Shown one piece after another: positions 37,800 through 49,982 of a DNA stretch of 64,000 nt (position 1 is its first letter; every line of letters begins with the position of its first letter). Under the pieces are notes generated by a model. That model was given only the letters and a program-made list of their open reading frames with translations, was not told the DNA's origin and ran no database searches. Origin of the DNA: Neoechinorhynchus agilis (Eukaryota; Animalia; Acanthocephala); the NCBI GenBank assembly GCA_051530055.1, contig CM121342.1, forward strand, positions 530,797 to 594,796, given 5' to 3'. A program made the translations under genes and the position numbers.

Positions 37800-39400
37800 T
37801 GGAGTGAAGCTTGTAGTCAAGGATTAAAGCAACGCTGACCATTTTTTTGCCTTATTGGCCCAGTCATCTCTATGTATCCATGTGTAAGGGAGATTGCTTA
37901 GAGCCTCAAGGAAGGCGCGCGTGAAGATTGGTCTCTGTTCGGGGGTCTACCTCTCGAATAATAGACTAGGACTGATATAGCCCAACAGTTCCAAATGCAC
38001 TTGGTGCTATGAAAACCGAGCCCCAGTTTATGAGTTCTGTTAGCCTTCAGTTTAGCGACCCTTAACAGTCGCTTAAATTTGCTAAGATCATGTTTTGGGG
38101 GCATATTGGGAGTGAGCGTAAAGCCCAGCACCGTGATCTTATTGGAAATAGAAGATGATATGTTAAAAAAGTTATTATAAAAATCACGTACTCGTCGTTT
38201 CCCCGCTACTGATCTCGATTTTAAAATAAATTGGGGTTTAAGTGGGTTGAGTGATAAACCCATTTGCGGGAGAGTAGAATTTAGGTATGCTAATAATTCC
38301 GAAAGTTTCTTTATGGCTGAGATGTAATTCGATTCCTTAATCACCGCAGTGAAATCATCTGCAAATAAAGTTAGGTCGTTGCAGATTGAGCAGTTCTTGA
38401 TAAGAAATTGAGACGCCAAGCAGAAGAGGATGGGCGATAGCGGGGATCCTTGTGGCGCTCCTTTCGTTTGGTGGTAGACGTGTTGGGATGTGTCATCTTG
38501 AAAAAATAATTTTTTAGATACCATAGTATTATGCACCCTCGCAATAAAATTATAGGGGAATTGGAAGTAACGGAGGATCTCAATAATAAAATTAATATTA
38601 ATGTTATCAAAAGTTTTTGAGATGTCAAAAAAATTAGAATATTCATTGATTTCTGATTTCTATTAAAATTAGCTAAAATTTCAGTCATTGCCGTATGCAC
38701 AGACTTACGAGGTAAAAATCCATGGCATCTTTTATCGATGCAATCATTGTCTAAGGCAAATTGTAAAAGAGATTTAGCCAGTGCCCTATCGTAGGCATTT
38801 TGTGCCCAGTGTCCCCATTTCTGACAGAGGTTACATCTCGGAAATATAAAATCATCTTGGAGTGAGATTTTGTTCTTTACAAATTTTACTTCCATCGACA
38901 TGAAGGAACAAGAGGATTTTGTCAATTTCTCTCGAATGTGAACTGGAGCTTTTACCACTACGTGTGGGATTGGTTTGCCGATTTTCAATGATTTCAGGAA
39001 AAAGACCACTTCACAGCCGAATTTGCATTCGAAAGCTTTCCTGTCCTCAAGTTCTATATCCGGAGATAGACCCGAGTTGACTTATAGCTGGAGTCAGTAA
39101 TTTTAAGAGAAGGGTCCGCATTGAAACTGTTTAGGAAGACTTTATATTGTTTCATAAAGATTTCGAGACGAATTGGATTTTCAAGGTACCTCCATAATAT
39201 GAAATGGATTTGATGCGATTATAATCATCCTTCAAAGAACGCAGCCATGGCGTAACATATTTGTTGTGTAGAAGATTTCGAGGTTGGATTAGTTGTGAGC
39301 GAGACTGAGAATGGTCATTTTTTAATCGGGAGATCCTGATATTGTAAATCATTGGGTGAATTTTGTTGGATATTCCCGAAAGGCTGGTGACAGGTTCCCG
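37800..39400 (-). mobile_element. family A LINE, internally deleted (ORF1 knuckle fused to RT)
   Basis: FPRCNLCQKWGHWAQ runs directly into RT-region sequence (RCHGFLPRKSVHTAM), then KGAPQGSPLSP and FADD. Confidence 0.85.
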
Positions 39401-40129
39401 GGAGAGTAGAGATTGGGTTATTCGGAGTTTGGTGTATGTTCCCGAAGAAATGTTGTGTGCCCCGAAGGGACTGGTGACTGACTTCAGGGTTGGATTGCCT
39501 ATCTTCGTCTCCATCCGTATCCATTGGTTCCGTGACGACATCATCCGGAGGAACGGGTGGGATAATAAAGGCAGGCGAAGGATGAATGGGTGGCCGTATG
39601 CCACCCTCCACCGCAACGACAGGTTGAGGAAATATGTCAGTGGCCGCATGCCACCCTCCACCGCAACGTTAGGTTACGAAAACATTAATTAATGATATAT
39701 CGATCATGTTATAAACATTATTTATTTTATTTATTATCAAAGCCTCATACATTCTTGTTTTTTTAGTTTGTGACATCTTCTTTTTGGCCTCACGGCCATA
39801 TTCCTTTTGTAGCCTTTCGGCTGACTCCCACGGAGGCGGCTATTCCTTTGGAGTCTTTTCGAACTTGGGCTGAGTGTTGGATTAATCAGATCCCTCAGCC
39901 TCTGTTTTTTATCAGCCAACAACGGAGGCGCTTAGCCGCACGCGAGGGGACAGGGCCAACCCCCTTTGGGGCCGATGGGTGATCTCAAACCTGACCCCAC
40001 CCCTTCCAGTAGCCTCGTACCACCGTGGAACCCAGCGACCGGTGGTGTTGAACCAGCGACATATCAAGCGCATTATGAACGCGCACACCACACGGCCATT
40101 ACCGATTCCTCTCACCTTGGTGAAAGACC

Positions 40130-41760
40130 ATAACTGATGACAATGAACACATCAAATCTATTACATACTTTGCTGGGAGCTTGAAGATATATTTCAGCGA
40201 CAATCTCTCTAGCCAACAATTCGTGAGATTTGTTAATTCTCACTGCGATCTAACAGGAGTGGATATAATCGAAACAAATATCGAATCAACATTATCACCT
40301 AGTATAGATAACGAGGATCGGAAAAGTTTTGAGGAAAAATTCAAATGTAAGATACTGTTTTTCCTGAAATCTAAAAACTGGATTTCCAATTCCACGGGAT
40401 GTAGTCAAGGCGAGCATGGAACAAAGAGATGTTCTAGCAACTCGAAGTAGATGCTTTCAGGGTATGGAGATCAAATTCTCCACCAACGAGATCTCTCGTC
40501 AAGACGATTTCCATTACCCACGTTGTTCAGGATGCCAGAAATAGGGCCATTGGGCTCAAAAATGTCACACCAAGAAAATTACTTGCCCTTATTGTGCATT
40601 AAATCACAGTAGTGACAATTGCCACAGAACAGCAAAGATGTGCTCGAACTGTGGGCAGGATGGTCATTTCGCTTTTGCGAAATTATGTTCAGAATTCAGG
40701 AAATATGTGATTTGGACGCAGCAAAAGCATCTCGACAGTGCAATCAAGGGAACTGAATGGCAGCACAAACGATCCTCCAAGACAAACCTCGCAGCAGAGG
40801 TCATTTCGAACCCCGTTACCGTTACACATTCCCTAGACACCAAGATGGCCGAATTTACAAACAACATAATGAGAATGGTTGATCTTCGCATCAGCACTGC
40901 CATCCAACATTTGGAATCACGGCTTGCAAGGCACTTTGACTCTTTGATGATGTCGATCAACCACAGCCTCAGGAAGGCCGACTCACTTACAATGGTGGAC
41001 TCTCAAGCGCCAGCCGAGAGAATACGCAAAAACGTGGCTCGTAAACCTCTCATATCTACACCTGAAATGACTACGACGGATGTCGAGATGGATATTAAGG
41101 ATAATGAAAAATACGTGAAGAATAATATCTCTGAGCAAACTAAGGTTTGTTCGGAAGGGTTGCAGGACCTCATCAACAAAGGCAGGGCTCAGAAACGGGC
41201 TCGAGATTGCTGCGATGGAACTCAGGTGGGCGAATAGGAATTCCCAGGCTCCACGGAGATATTTTGCGAAATGGCATAATACTGATTCAGGAAACGACGT
41301 CAATCTTCCACAGAAACCATCTCCCGTATAACTGTATCAGTCTGCCGGCTGAATTTGTCATTTTCATTACTCCACCCCTGGCTAACCACTCGCAAGGTCT
41401 GCTTACCACTTTTAAAAGTAACCAATTCCCTAAACAAATTTCAGAATATGTTCTTCTTCTGACCTTTCTTATTCGATATTCGCTATCATAATCGAAGGGA
41501 GGAAGCTGCTAGTAGGCAATATCTATGTCCGCCCATCCAAAGTACACCTTGGTTACGCCAAGGACATTCTGAAATACTTCTTAATCTCCGGAGTAGATCT
41601 GCTATTCGGTGATTTTAACCACCCATCGCACAAATGGTCAAACGTTATCACTCGAGCCACAGATTCGCATATCATCATCCAACCGCCTCATCCTACATTC
41701 ATAACCGGACAGTTGTCAGCCTTAAACATACAGATCTTTGTTGAAAAGATAATTCATTGT
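40130..41760 (+). mobile_element. family A LINE fragment (ORF1 plus endonuclease)
   Basis: FEEKFKCKILFFLKS, CSNCGQDGHFAF, ILIQET and a GDFNHP-type motif near 41610. Confidence 0.8.
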
Positions 41761-41794
41761 TATTTGTTGATAGGAGAGATAAATGAGATTAAGA

Positions 41795-41846
41795 TTTTAT
41801 TGGATATTTCGATCCACTATCTCGGATCTTCTTCAGCGATCTAAAA
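41795..41846 (-). ncRNA. minimal type I hammerhead ribozyme motif (PLE type)
   Basis: The minus strand reads ttttagatcg CTGAAGA a GATCC gagatagt GGATC GAAA TATC caataaaa, 30 nt after the GIY-YIG stop codon. Confidence 0.8.
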
Positions 41847-43060
41847 CACATATAACAGGGATTCTCAATTCACGCGTCACATAACATCCGGTGGGAGTCG
41901 CATCCTTAATTTGAAATCAGGTTTATTGCCCTCGAACGTTTCGAACCTATTTATATATAAGGATTCGATGATAATACGTTCGAAACGCCGACCATTGCAA
42001 ACTAGTGTTGTAGCGGCACTAAAATCAATAGTGTGACCTGTGTTTTTTGCATGGGCCACCACTGCGGAACTAATATCCGTGTTGCGAACAACTGATGATT
42101 TGTGCTCCTTGATCCGTCGGGTGAAATTGTTGGTCTGCCCACATAGACCTGTTCGCAACCGGAGCACGGAATTTTGTAGACCGCACCAGATGACTGTTGG
42201 CCATTCTTGGGACATATCAATCCGTGTAGAGTGCGTCCCCTCTTTGTGTATACATTTACTCTCTTGGCCTCACATCCTGATTTTATGATGCGCTCCATAG
42301 CAAGATAAGAATGATCATCAGGGAACGACCGTTCAACGTAGATCTCTTCCTTTTTTTGACTTTGTCTCCCCATTGAAGGTTCGACAAGATGGAGACCTGA
42401 TATGTACTTTAGGTAACCAATCTCCTCGTTACACAACTTGGCGTTGCTACAATGTGTAAGAGCACGGTGGATGAGTGACCTAATCCTCGAAATTTTGTAT
42501 TTGCGAGGTTGGGCTGATGTCCATGGTACAAGGCCCACTGGTATACCTCTCTTTGGGTACACGCTGGTCGTGGAGTTTCCACTGGCTAATCGGTATATCC
42601 ACACATCCAGGAACGGAAACTTACCATGGTCCTCCTCCTCGATCGTCCACTGAATATTGTCGCCCCTTCCATTTAGTTCATGTTTAAGGCAATTCATATT
42701 AGTCTCTGAAGGGTCGATCAACAGGAACGTGTCGTCCACATATCTGAACCAGATATTAACCCCCTGTATCGGCGGCGAATGTTCGTCCTTCCAGTGCCGC
42801 ATATACAGCTCAGCAAGCACAGGGGCTAACGGGCTGCCCATGGCTACTCCATCTTTCTGGTCATAGTCGATGCCGTTGAACTGGAAGTTGCAGAATCTGG
42901 TGCAAAACTGCAGTAGCTTTCGCCAGTCACTATTAGTTAAATTCCATTCAGTGTTCGTAGACAGGAGATGGCCCTCGCTAAGTTCTGGTTTTCTCTTTAC
43001 TGGCCTTGCCGAGCGAGGTGCCAAATGCATCAGGATCGACTAAAATTAACATCCCTAGAG
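41795..43060 (-). mobile_element. Penelope-like element (RT plus GIY-YIG endonuclease plus 3' pLTR with hammerhead)
   Basis: YDQKDGVAMGSPLAP, FRYVDD, FLDV; GAVYKIPCSGCEQVYVG/QTNNFTRRIKEH...SAVVAHA...ESLYI. Confidence 0.93.
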
Positions 43061-43269
43061 ACATATTTTTCGTCATGGTGGAAGACTTAGTCGTAAAAAA
43101 TTCCGCTCCTGGAGAATCGCAACGGGAGCGTGGATTAAAAGCTTAGGTAACGATCGTGTAGTGGACTCTCTTATTGAACATCATTCTACTGGCGGTGGTA
43201 ATGCCCCAGTGCCGACCAATTTTGTGCCAATTATCCATAGACGTTATGATCTAAAGTGTAAAGACATCG

Positions 43270-43950
43270 CTAAGCATTGGACCTCGAAGAACCTCTCCTC
43301 ACACAATGGTTCGACCGTGCTTTTCAAAGCAACAAATCCGTAAAAAACAAATCGATGGTCAGAGAAATATCTCAACGTATGATTGCTGCCTCCTCTGAAG
43401 AATGGGCTGAAATCAATAACTCTAAAAGAATATTTCTTTTGAAAAGCAATTACAAAAAGTTTCTTCAGCAGACCAAGTCAGGCCTATATACATACAGAAT
43501 TCTTTAGTAAGCATCTACGAGGGAGGTTTAGCCAGATTTATTTTAAGTTTCGCCTTGGAACACAATTGTATTGACTGCCGATGCCATGGATTCGTTCTTG
43601 GAAAGTCAGTTCATACCGCGATGAAAGAGATTATCCGAAACTTTACTTACGATACCCGGTCTACGAACATATTAATTACCTTCCACAGTTCATTGTGCAG
43701 AATTGTAGACTTCTTCCTTGTTTGACTCTGTACGCGGACGATCCGCACTGTAGTGGTAAAGGAATCAAACTGCGTTACTGCAATAGCGACCTTAGATTTT
43801 TTTACCTTTTTACACCAATCTCTTAAACGAATGGTCCTCTTTCTTAATCCAAGTAAAACTCAATTTATTCTCAAATCTAAATCACACGTGGGTAAACGGA
43901 AAGTTAGAGAATTTCTCGCCAAGTTTTACAACAACCATCCTCTCAGTTTT
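43270..43950 (+). mobile_element. family A LINE RT fragment, internally deleted
   Basis: AASSEEWAE, RCHGFVLGKSVHTA, LYADD and LNPSKTQFILKS match the 37.9-38.8 kb copy. Confidence 0.75.
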
Positions 43951-44153
43951 TGTTCCTGCCCTTCGGAGTCGAGACTTACGGGGCATTTGGAAAGGCCGCA
44001 GGGGAATTCGTGATTGAATTGGTGCGACGTATCGCGAGTGTGACGAAAGATCCGCAGTCAATCACTTTCTTGCGACAAAACTTGAGTCTGGCGGTTCAGC
44101 GTGGGAACGCTGCCAGCGTCCCGATGACATGTAATGGGCCTAATGTAATGTGA
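43950..44153 (+). mobile_element. C-terminal fragment of a CRE/REL-type non-LTR retrotransposon
   Basis: FLPFGVETYGAFGKAA...FLRQNLSLAVQRGNAASV. Confidence 0.75.
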
Positions 44154-45145
44154 AGAAAAATTAAATAAATCGATACCGCCGGAAGAGCGCCTGTCGTTCT
44201 TACGCAGCTTTCTCAATGCCCTATCTACCCTGTCTTATGATTGGGTCACATCCTCCTCTCGGGCCGACAAAGAATTGAAATGGACAGATATGTGACACGA
44301 TAAGCTCTATTGTTCAAATTTCACTTGCTTCACAGCCATGCCCGTGATATCCCTTCGAATAAATCTCTCTCTTGTCTTTTGTATGTTTGTAATGGTTTTT
44401 CAACTTAATAAAGTCAAATATTGGTTCACACCTCTATCGATAACATCGTTACAAATCAAGAAGTTCTGAAATCAGCAGAGTAACATGGCACTAAGTAATT
44501 AAACTACAAAAACTTTCCTTATCATTGAACGTAGACGGAAAACTGACTTTCGAATAATATCTGCTCATTGATCGGAAATACAATACAGTATGTGACGTAT
44601 GAAATACGGAAGAATCCATCAAAACTTAATCTCGTTTACATCATAAAAGCTTAAAATAATGATATGTTTTTTCTTCTTCCGAAATTTAAGACGGTCTGAA
44701 AGCCGCATGGTTACTTTTTACGATTTGGAATTTAGGATACGCTAAAAAATGCTTATTCGCCCACGTCTAAATTCGATTAACACCAACGAAACTGATTCAA
44801 TTTTTTAAGAATGATGTTTTAGCAAATTATCGTGAAAATACTACAATCAAACTTCGATTTCATCCCGATCGCTTGTGCTTTTCAACCTCTGTTACTAAAA
44901 TAGAATCAGAACTTTGCAGCGAAAAAAGAAAAAGCTGTCCAATGAGAAGCTAAAATTATTTAATTTTTCCTTGTTTTAGCCTTTTCTTGACCCCGTTTAA
45001 AAACTTAGTGCAAATCGGGGTTTCGGTTATCCCTAAAAAATCTCTTGTCCGAATATTGTCCGGCCCCAATTGATTCGCGAATAAACGACGTTCTACTTTT
45101 ATTCTTTTTTGTCTTCATTTATTTATTCTTATTAATATAGTTCAT

Positions 45146-47319
45146 TTGCTAGAACGCCAATTCAAAATTGGGTCCGATAAGAGCGTTGAAATGTTTGTTT
45201 ATTTCGAATATTTCCACTCTAACAACAATGTAATTTTTAGACAAATGTGCCAACAAAATACGATTTGGACAGCTACGATTGGTTACCTTCCTATAGGCGA
45301 AGTCATCGAAAAGAATGTGAATGAAATGATGGACGCTATGATCAGTGATAAAAGACACGGCTTGTTTGAGTTCCTGGCCTTGAGTCCTTCGAATTGCATA
45401 GATGGTATGTTCAAAAGTACGATTTTACAGAATCGAGTTGCAATGCATTTACGAGTCGATACGGATTTGCACGAGCTTGATTTTGTTCTTCGAAAATCGG
45501 CGTATCTTTCACTTCGCTACGTTTTCTTGTTCGTTGGTTCAAATATTGACGAGTATAGACTTATTTCGGTAGTCCTAAATCATGCTAGGACTCGGTTAAC
45601 GTTAACCACTCAGAACATTGTCATTGTATTGGACGCTATAGTTGAAGAAAATCTCGATATGTGGCGAAGACTTGCAATGTTGTGCAAGTTTGATCGGCAT
45701 GTCCAACTCGGACTTCGAATTGGACACCTAGAAAACAACAACAAAAATGGTGAAGAAATCGGTAAATGGAACAATCAGCCTGTAAAACATCTCATTCTCA
45801 GCACAGACGTATTTATGAAAAATGAATTCAGAAAATGCGTCCGTCAATGTTTTAATAGTTGTTTTTTTGGTTCCATACTTTCGAAATGATTAACAATTTT
45901 ATTTTTTTTGTAATTTTCTGTTTATTAGCTCTTTTTTATTGTCAAAAGCATTTTTGAACTAATGTTTCGTTATTTGACTAACGCATCAAAAGAAGCATGG
46001 ATTTTGCCTCGAAAATTAAAAGACTCAACCTGCGATTTCCTTCGGAACAGCCTTCAGAGTGTCTTGATCGAGAAAACTCATTCATCGGGAAGTAGTCCGC
46101 TCGAATACGGACATTTCATCTACCACTTAATGCTATCCTTAAAGCCTCTTACAAAGATGGAGCGATTTTCTCGATCGTGTATCGACAGACTGCAAACGGC
46201 TCTCCAACCTCTGTCAAACGATCTTCAGTCTCAATTATACGAGACATTCGAGAAAGATACCGTCAAGTATGATTTGTATCAAGAAGCGATCAGAAACGCA
46301 TTTATGGAACTGAAAACGTTTAATAATTCTACAAAGTTCACTGTTCTCATTCCTGGAGTTGGACGAGGTCCAATTGTTCAATGTGTTAATTTGGCCGCTG
46401 AAGAAGAGGGAGTTCAATGCGACGTAACTACTTTAGAAAAAAACCAAGATTGCTTCGAGATTCTAAATCGCCGTTTGTCGATGGATCACACTTCTTTTTA
46501 TGTAGAGTGATTCAACGACTTAATTCACTTGAATGGAACTCTAAAGTCAGCATTAAAGAAGGCGACATGCGATCCATCGCCGGTCAAAAATTCGATTTGG
46601 TTGTAAGCGAATTATTAGGTTCATTTGGAGATAATGAGTTAGCACCGGAATGTCTTGCTGGAATGAAAAATAGACTATTAAATCCTGGTGGTATAATGAT
46701 CCCTTACGAATACTCCTCATATCTTGCTCCAATCGAATGCTTCGGTACTTACACAGCTATATCTGCGCTGGAGAATGCTAGCGAAGGAAAGTTTGAAATT
46801 CCGTACGTTGTTCCATTCGGCGCACATGAACTCTTGGCGCCATGCCAAGAACTTTTCAAATTTGAGTCGTCTAAAAATGAGGAAGGTTTTGACGTCCGCC
46901 ATGGTTCAATCGAATTTAAACTCGATCATGATGGAATTATTCATGGATTCTCTGGATATTTCCATTGCAGACTGTTTGAACAGGTATTCATGAGTAAGTC
47001 CGACCGAAAGATAGACTTCTTAATCTAACTTTTTTCATTAAGGCATTCATCCTGAGAAGCATTCTAAAAATCTCGTCTCATGGTTTCCAATATTTTTTCC
47101 ATTGAGCGTAAGTTCTACTCTTTTAATTTTCCGCTGCTCTTATTTTAAATCTATTCAAAGAATCCTTTTATGGCTGCCAAGGGCTCAAAAATTCAAATCC
47201 GGTTCAGTCGATGTGGAACGGCAAAAAGACGATGCATGTGGTACGAATGGAGCGTTGTTTATCCCATTGTAACGCACATTCACAATGCCGCCGGGAAATA
47301 TTATACAATGTTTCTTTAG
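45146..47319 (+). CDS. PRMT5: protein arginine methyltransferase 5, multi-exon; true start probably further upstream (candidate exon near 44825-44890 reads SNFDFIPIA)
   Basis: LQTALQPLSNDLQSQLYETFEKDTVKYDLYQEAI, GVGRGPIV, TLEKN, DMR, DLVVSELLGSFGDNELAPECL, HGFSGYF and WYEW...IHNAAG...TMFL, ending at TAG 47317-47319. Confidence 0.93.
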
Positions 47320-47531
47320 TCCATTTTATTGCAACTTCTTTCACTAACGTTTATGGGTCTTTGATGACCTTTATTTTTAGGAATTGGGGCATTTACATAT
47401 TGGTTTTATCATCCATTTGCTGAGTTTGAGATGGTGGTTAGCTTACCAGAAAGGCATCTACAATCGAGGGAGTAGAAGTTTGAGCTTTTTTTCACCCTAC
47501 CGCTTATTTGCTTAGAATCCTTATTTTTAAG

Positions 47532-47783
47532 ATGCCGTACGTTACTAGTTCGGGTGAAGTCGTTGAGACTCGTCCATGGGATCTTAGCTATGCTCGAGAT
47601 ACGGCATATCACGTGCTGGACACTTTAAACGATTTCGTCAGAACGTTGTTTGACTTTAACACTGAACCGATGTCTTCTTCGAATGGATTCACTGGGAGAC
47701 AAAACGATTTTATGGCATCCAGAGGAGGAGGCACTATTGGACCTGGTGACATTTTGGGATGCGCGTCGACCGGATGAGGCTAA
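47532..47783 (+). CDS. SELENOK: selenoprotein K-like, 83 aa; UGA at 47775-47777 read as Sec (...GCASTG-U-G-stop)
   Basis: N-terminal MPYVTSSGEVVETRPW matches the SelK pattern (MVYISNGQVLDSR..PW). It has a Gly-rich C-terminus with a penultimate-type UGA followed by GGC TAA, and a SECIS 57 nt downstream. Confidence 0.85.
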
Positions 47784-47818
47784 GATAACGCAGCTTGAAC
47801 AGTTGAACGATTACTGTT

Positions 47819-47893
47819 GAAGCACTCATTATTTATGACGTCAGTGTAATCTAAATCGGTAACGAAGATCACTGATCGAACATTTGAGTGTTT
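47819..47893 (+). promoter_or_regulatory. type II eukaryotic SECIS element
   Basis: Helix I aagcactca/tgagtgttt; core ATGAC...CGAA; helix II gtcagtg+atct / agat+cactgat; unpaired AAA; mini-helix III tcg-gtaa-cga. Confidence 0.88.
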
Positions 47894-47949
47894 ATTGTGC
47901 TCACTAAATTTCTATTTGCATTGAGAAATACGGTTTTAGAGCAATGTTT

Positions 47950-48404
47950 AAGCAGGAGCCCAGCAACGAATGTATTGTTGGCGATTGTGAAGATAAGATT
48001 CAAGCCAGTGGATCTGCCACGATTTCTGACCAAAATCAAAACAGACCTGGAGGAGTAGCAAATGGTCTACGGAGTCCAATGCTTTCGACAAAATTTATAA
48101 TTGTTTCGGAGGGAGATTGTGTTTAATGTGGAAGGAAAGGGCGATTATCCTTTTTGGTTTTTAGGGCGCCGATGGAGTTACACGTAGTCAAAGAAGTTTT
48201 GAAGTCGCTTAACCTTCGATTTTTTTGGATGTGTTAGATGTTTTAGGGTGTTCGTTAAAAGCGAAAGATTATACTGGGAAGATGATGTCTGGGTTGAGTT
48301 AGGAGGATGCGATAATGAGTTTTTATGTGGATATTTTTGGAACGGAAGTTGTAGAGCAAGGAGCTTGTATCTCCTATTAAGGAAGAGAAAGACAATGAAT
48401 GTTA
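47950..48404 (-). mobile_element. family B LINE, 3' portion of a split ORF1 plus possible endonuclease start
   Basis: The minus strand aligns at DNA level with 33880-34040 (for example aactcaacccaga...catcttcc) and continues the 52104-52850 piece. Confidence 0.7.
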
Positions 48405-48724
48405 ACCGACCTTAATTGACGGATCTAGTAGATCAACTGCTCAGATCTTGGCTGAAGGAGTCCATTAATCTATACATGCAACCACATTCAACTCCTATGA
48501 CAACCAACCGTGTCAATGATTTGATTGTTTTTTTCCGTCGGTGTAATTACCTACAAAGAAGCAACACCGAAACATCAATACGCTATCGGAACTTTATACT
48601 CAATCGAATTTCATAATCGGTGGTACTTCTGTTTACAATTTTCGGAGCTTTGTTGATGAGGTGATTTCCGGAGCGTCAGTTCAGCCAATTGTAAAGTAAA
48701 TTTACATTTAATCGAAACAAAATA
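48405..48724 (+). pseudogene. partial duplicate of the VPS45 last exon and 3' UTR
   Basis: Aligns with about 25034-25379, with substitutions, a frameshift and an internal deletion. Confidence 0.92.
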
Positions 48725-49420
48725 AGAATTAATCAAAGATTTTAGTCACCACCGTCCGCAAAATCGGAGCTTCTCTCTTTCCTCGGCTGTCGCTATCACG
48801 CTAGCAGCATTGCCTAGTTGTACTGCAAGCGAGATATTTTGTCACAGGGATACACCTGCTCGTGCGTCGTCGGTCGTTTCTCTCAATTTCTTCGAGAGAT
48901 CTTTTAGTAGAGAGTGTCGAGCTGTCACGCGCTCCATGGGTCTCTACTCCGAAGGGGACAAAATAGTGGGCCCTTGCTAAATCCCTATATTTTCGTACCT
49001 TCCTCCCTTTCCGCTGCACTGGCTACACATCCAGCGATTTCGAGAGTACGGTATGTTGCTTACTGCGAGGTCCCAGAGAAGGCATTTGCCCTCTCGCCAC
49101 GGAAAGACCGAAATTCCATCTGGTCGACGACCGTCTAGTCGACAAAGATGGACGCGTTCCAAGATGTTGGGGAAGTTCGCCGTTCTCAACGCCCGAGAAA
49201 TTACGCAATTGATCTCAGAATGGCGTGAGAACCTTCCACCTGACTTTCGACAAACGAGACCGTGTCGCCCGAAAGCACTAACCAAAGACCCACATCGACA
49301 GCGATGAAGCGTGCATATCAAGAGACCAAGTCTTAAGGACACTGTGATCCTCGCTACCTCATCAGTGAGAAGAGTTCCCACAGATACCATAGGAACAGTC
49401 TCCAACCACGCCCCGATTCT
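48725..49420 (-). mobile_element. CRE/REL-type non-LTR retrotransposon 3' fragment
   Basis: CCHC finger HRCRCG...HGLVC...RHSEIN, restriction-like endonuclease motif DGRRPDG...WREGKCLLWD and KYRDL...FVPFGVETHG. Confidence 0.88.
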
Positions 49421-49931
49421 CGTGTCGAAACTGCCAACAATCTAGCTCGGACGACCCCATTGCGAGAACCTGAGACGCAACTACCGAGAGGTCATAGGCA
49501 TAAACAGATCGGTTGATTTTGGTGGAGAACCAGACCCGCTATAGCGGAGATCCCGGGTACCATGGACAAACAAAACCCCCCAAATTGGTTAATTTAAAAG
49601 ACTAACCGCAAACCGAACACACACCAGTAGATACGCGTGGGAGCCCGGCAGCGTTGGTCTTTTCAGGTTGATCATGATCGATGAGTGGCGCGTTCAAGGT
49701 GTCTGCGTCAGTAGCTTCAATTGTAGGCGATATGAACACAATTTGCAATATGTCTTTTTTGGTCGTGGAAAGCTCGTTTTCAAGGCGTCAACATATGGCT
49801 CCATTGTTGCCTAAATCTTGCTTGTGCTCGAGTCAATCATTAATTGTAGCAGTGATAGCGTGAATCGCTGCTTGATTTTCTAGGCGCATGTCTTAATTTT
49901 AATTTTACATATACCACCCAAATATAGTTGA

Positions 49932-49982
49932 TTTATTTGCCTAGCTTTCGCCGTATGACGGCTTCAACTGGGCAATCTAAAA
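49932..49982 (-). ncRNA. hammerhead ribozyme relic with mutated core
   Basis: The minus strand reads TTGCC CAGTTGA a GCCG tcata CGGC GAAA GCTA GGCAA ataaa. The stems are intact, but CUGAUGA has become CAGUUGA. Confidence 0.7.

Noticed and set aside
39591-39668. 28-bp direct repeat, 50 bp apart
   Set aside because: Small local duplication at the edge of a decayed element, with no further structure.
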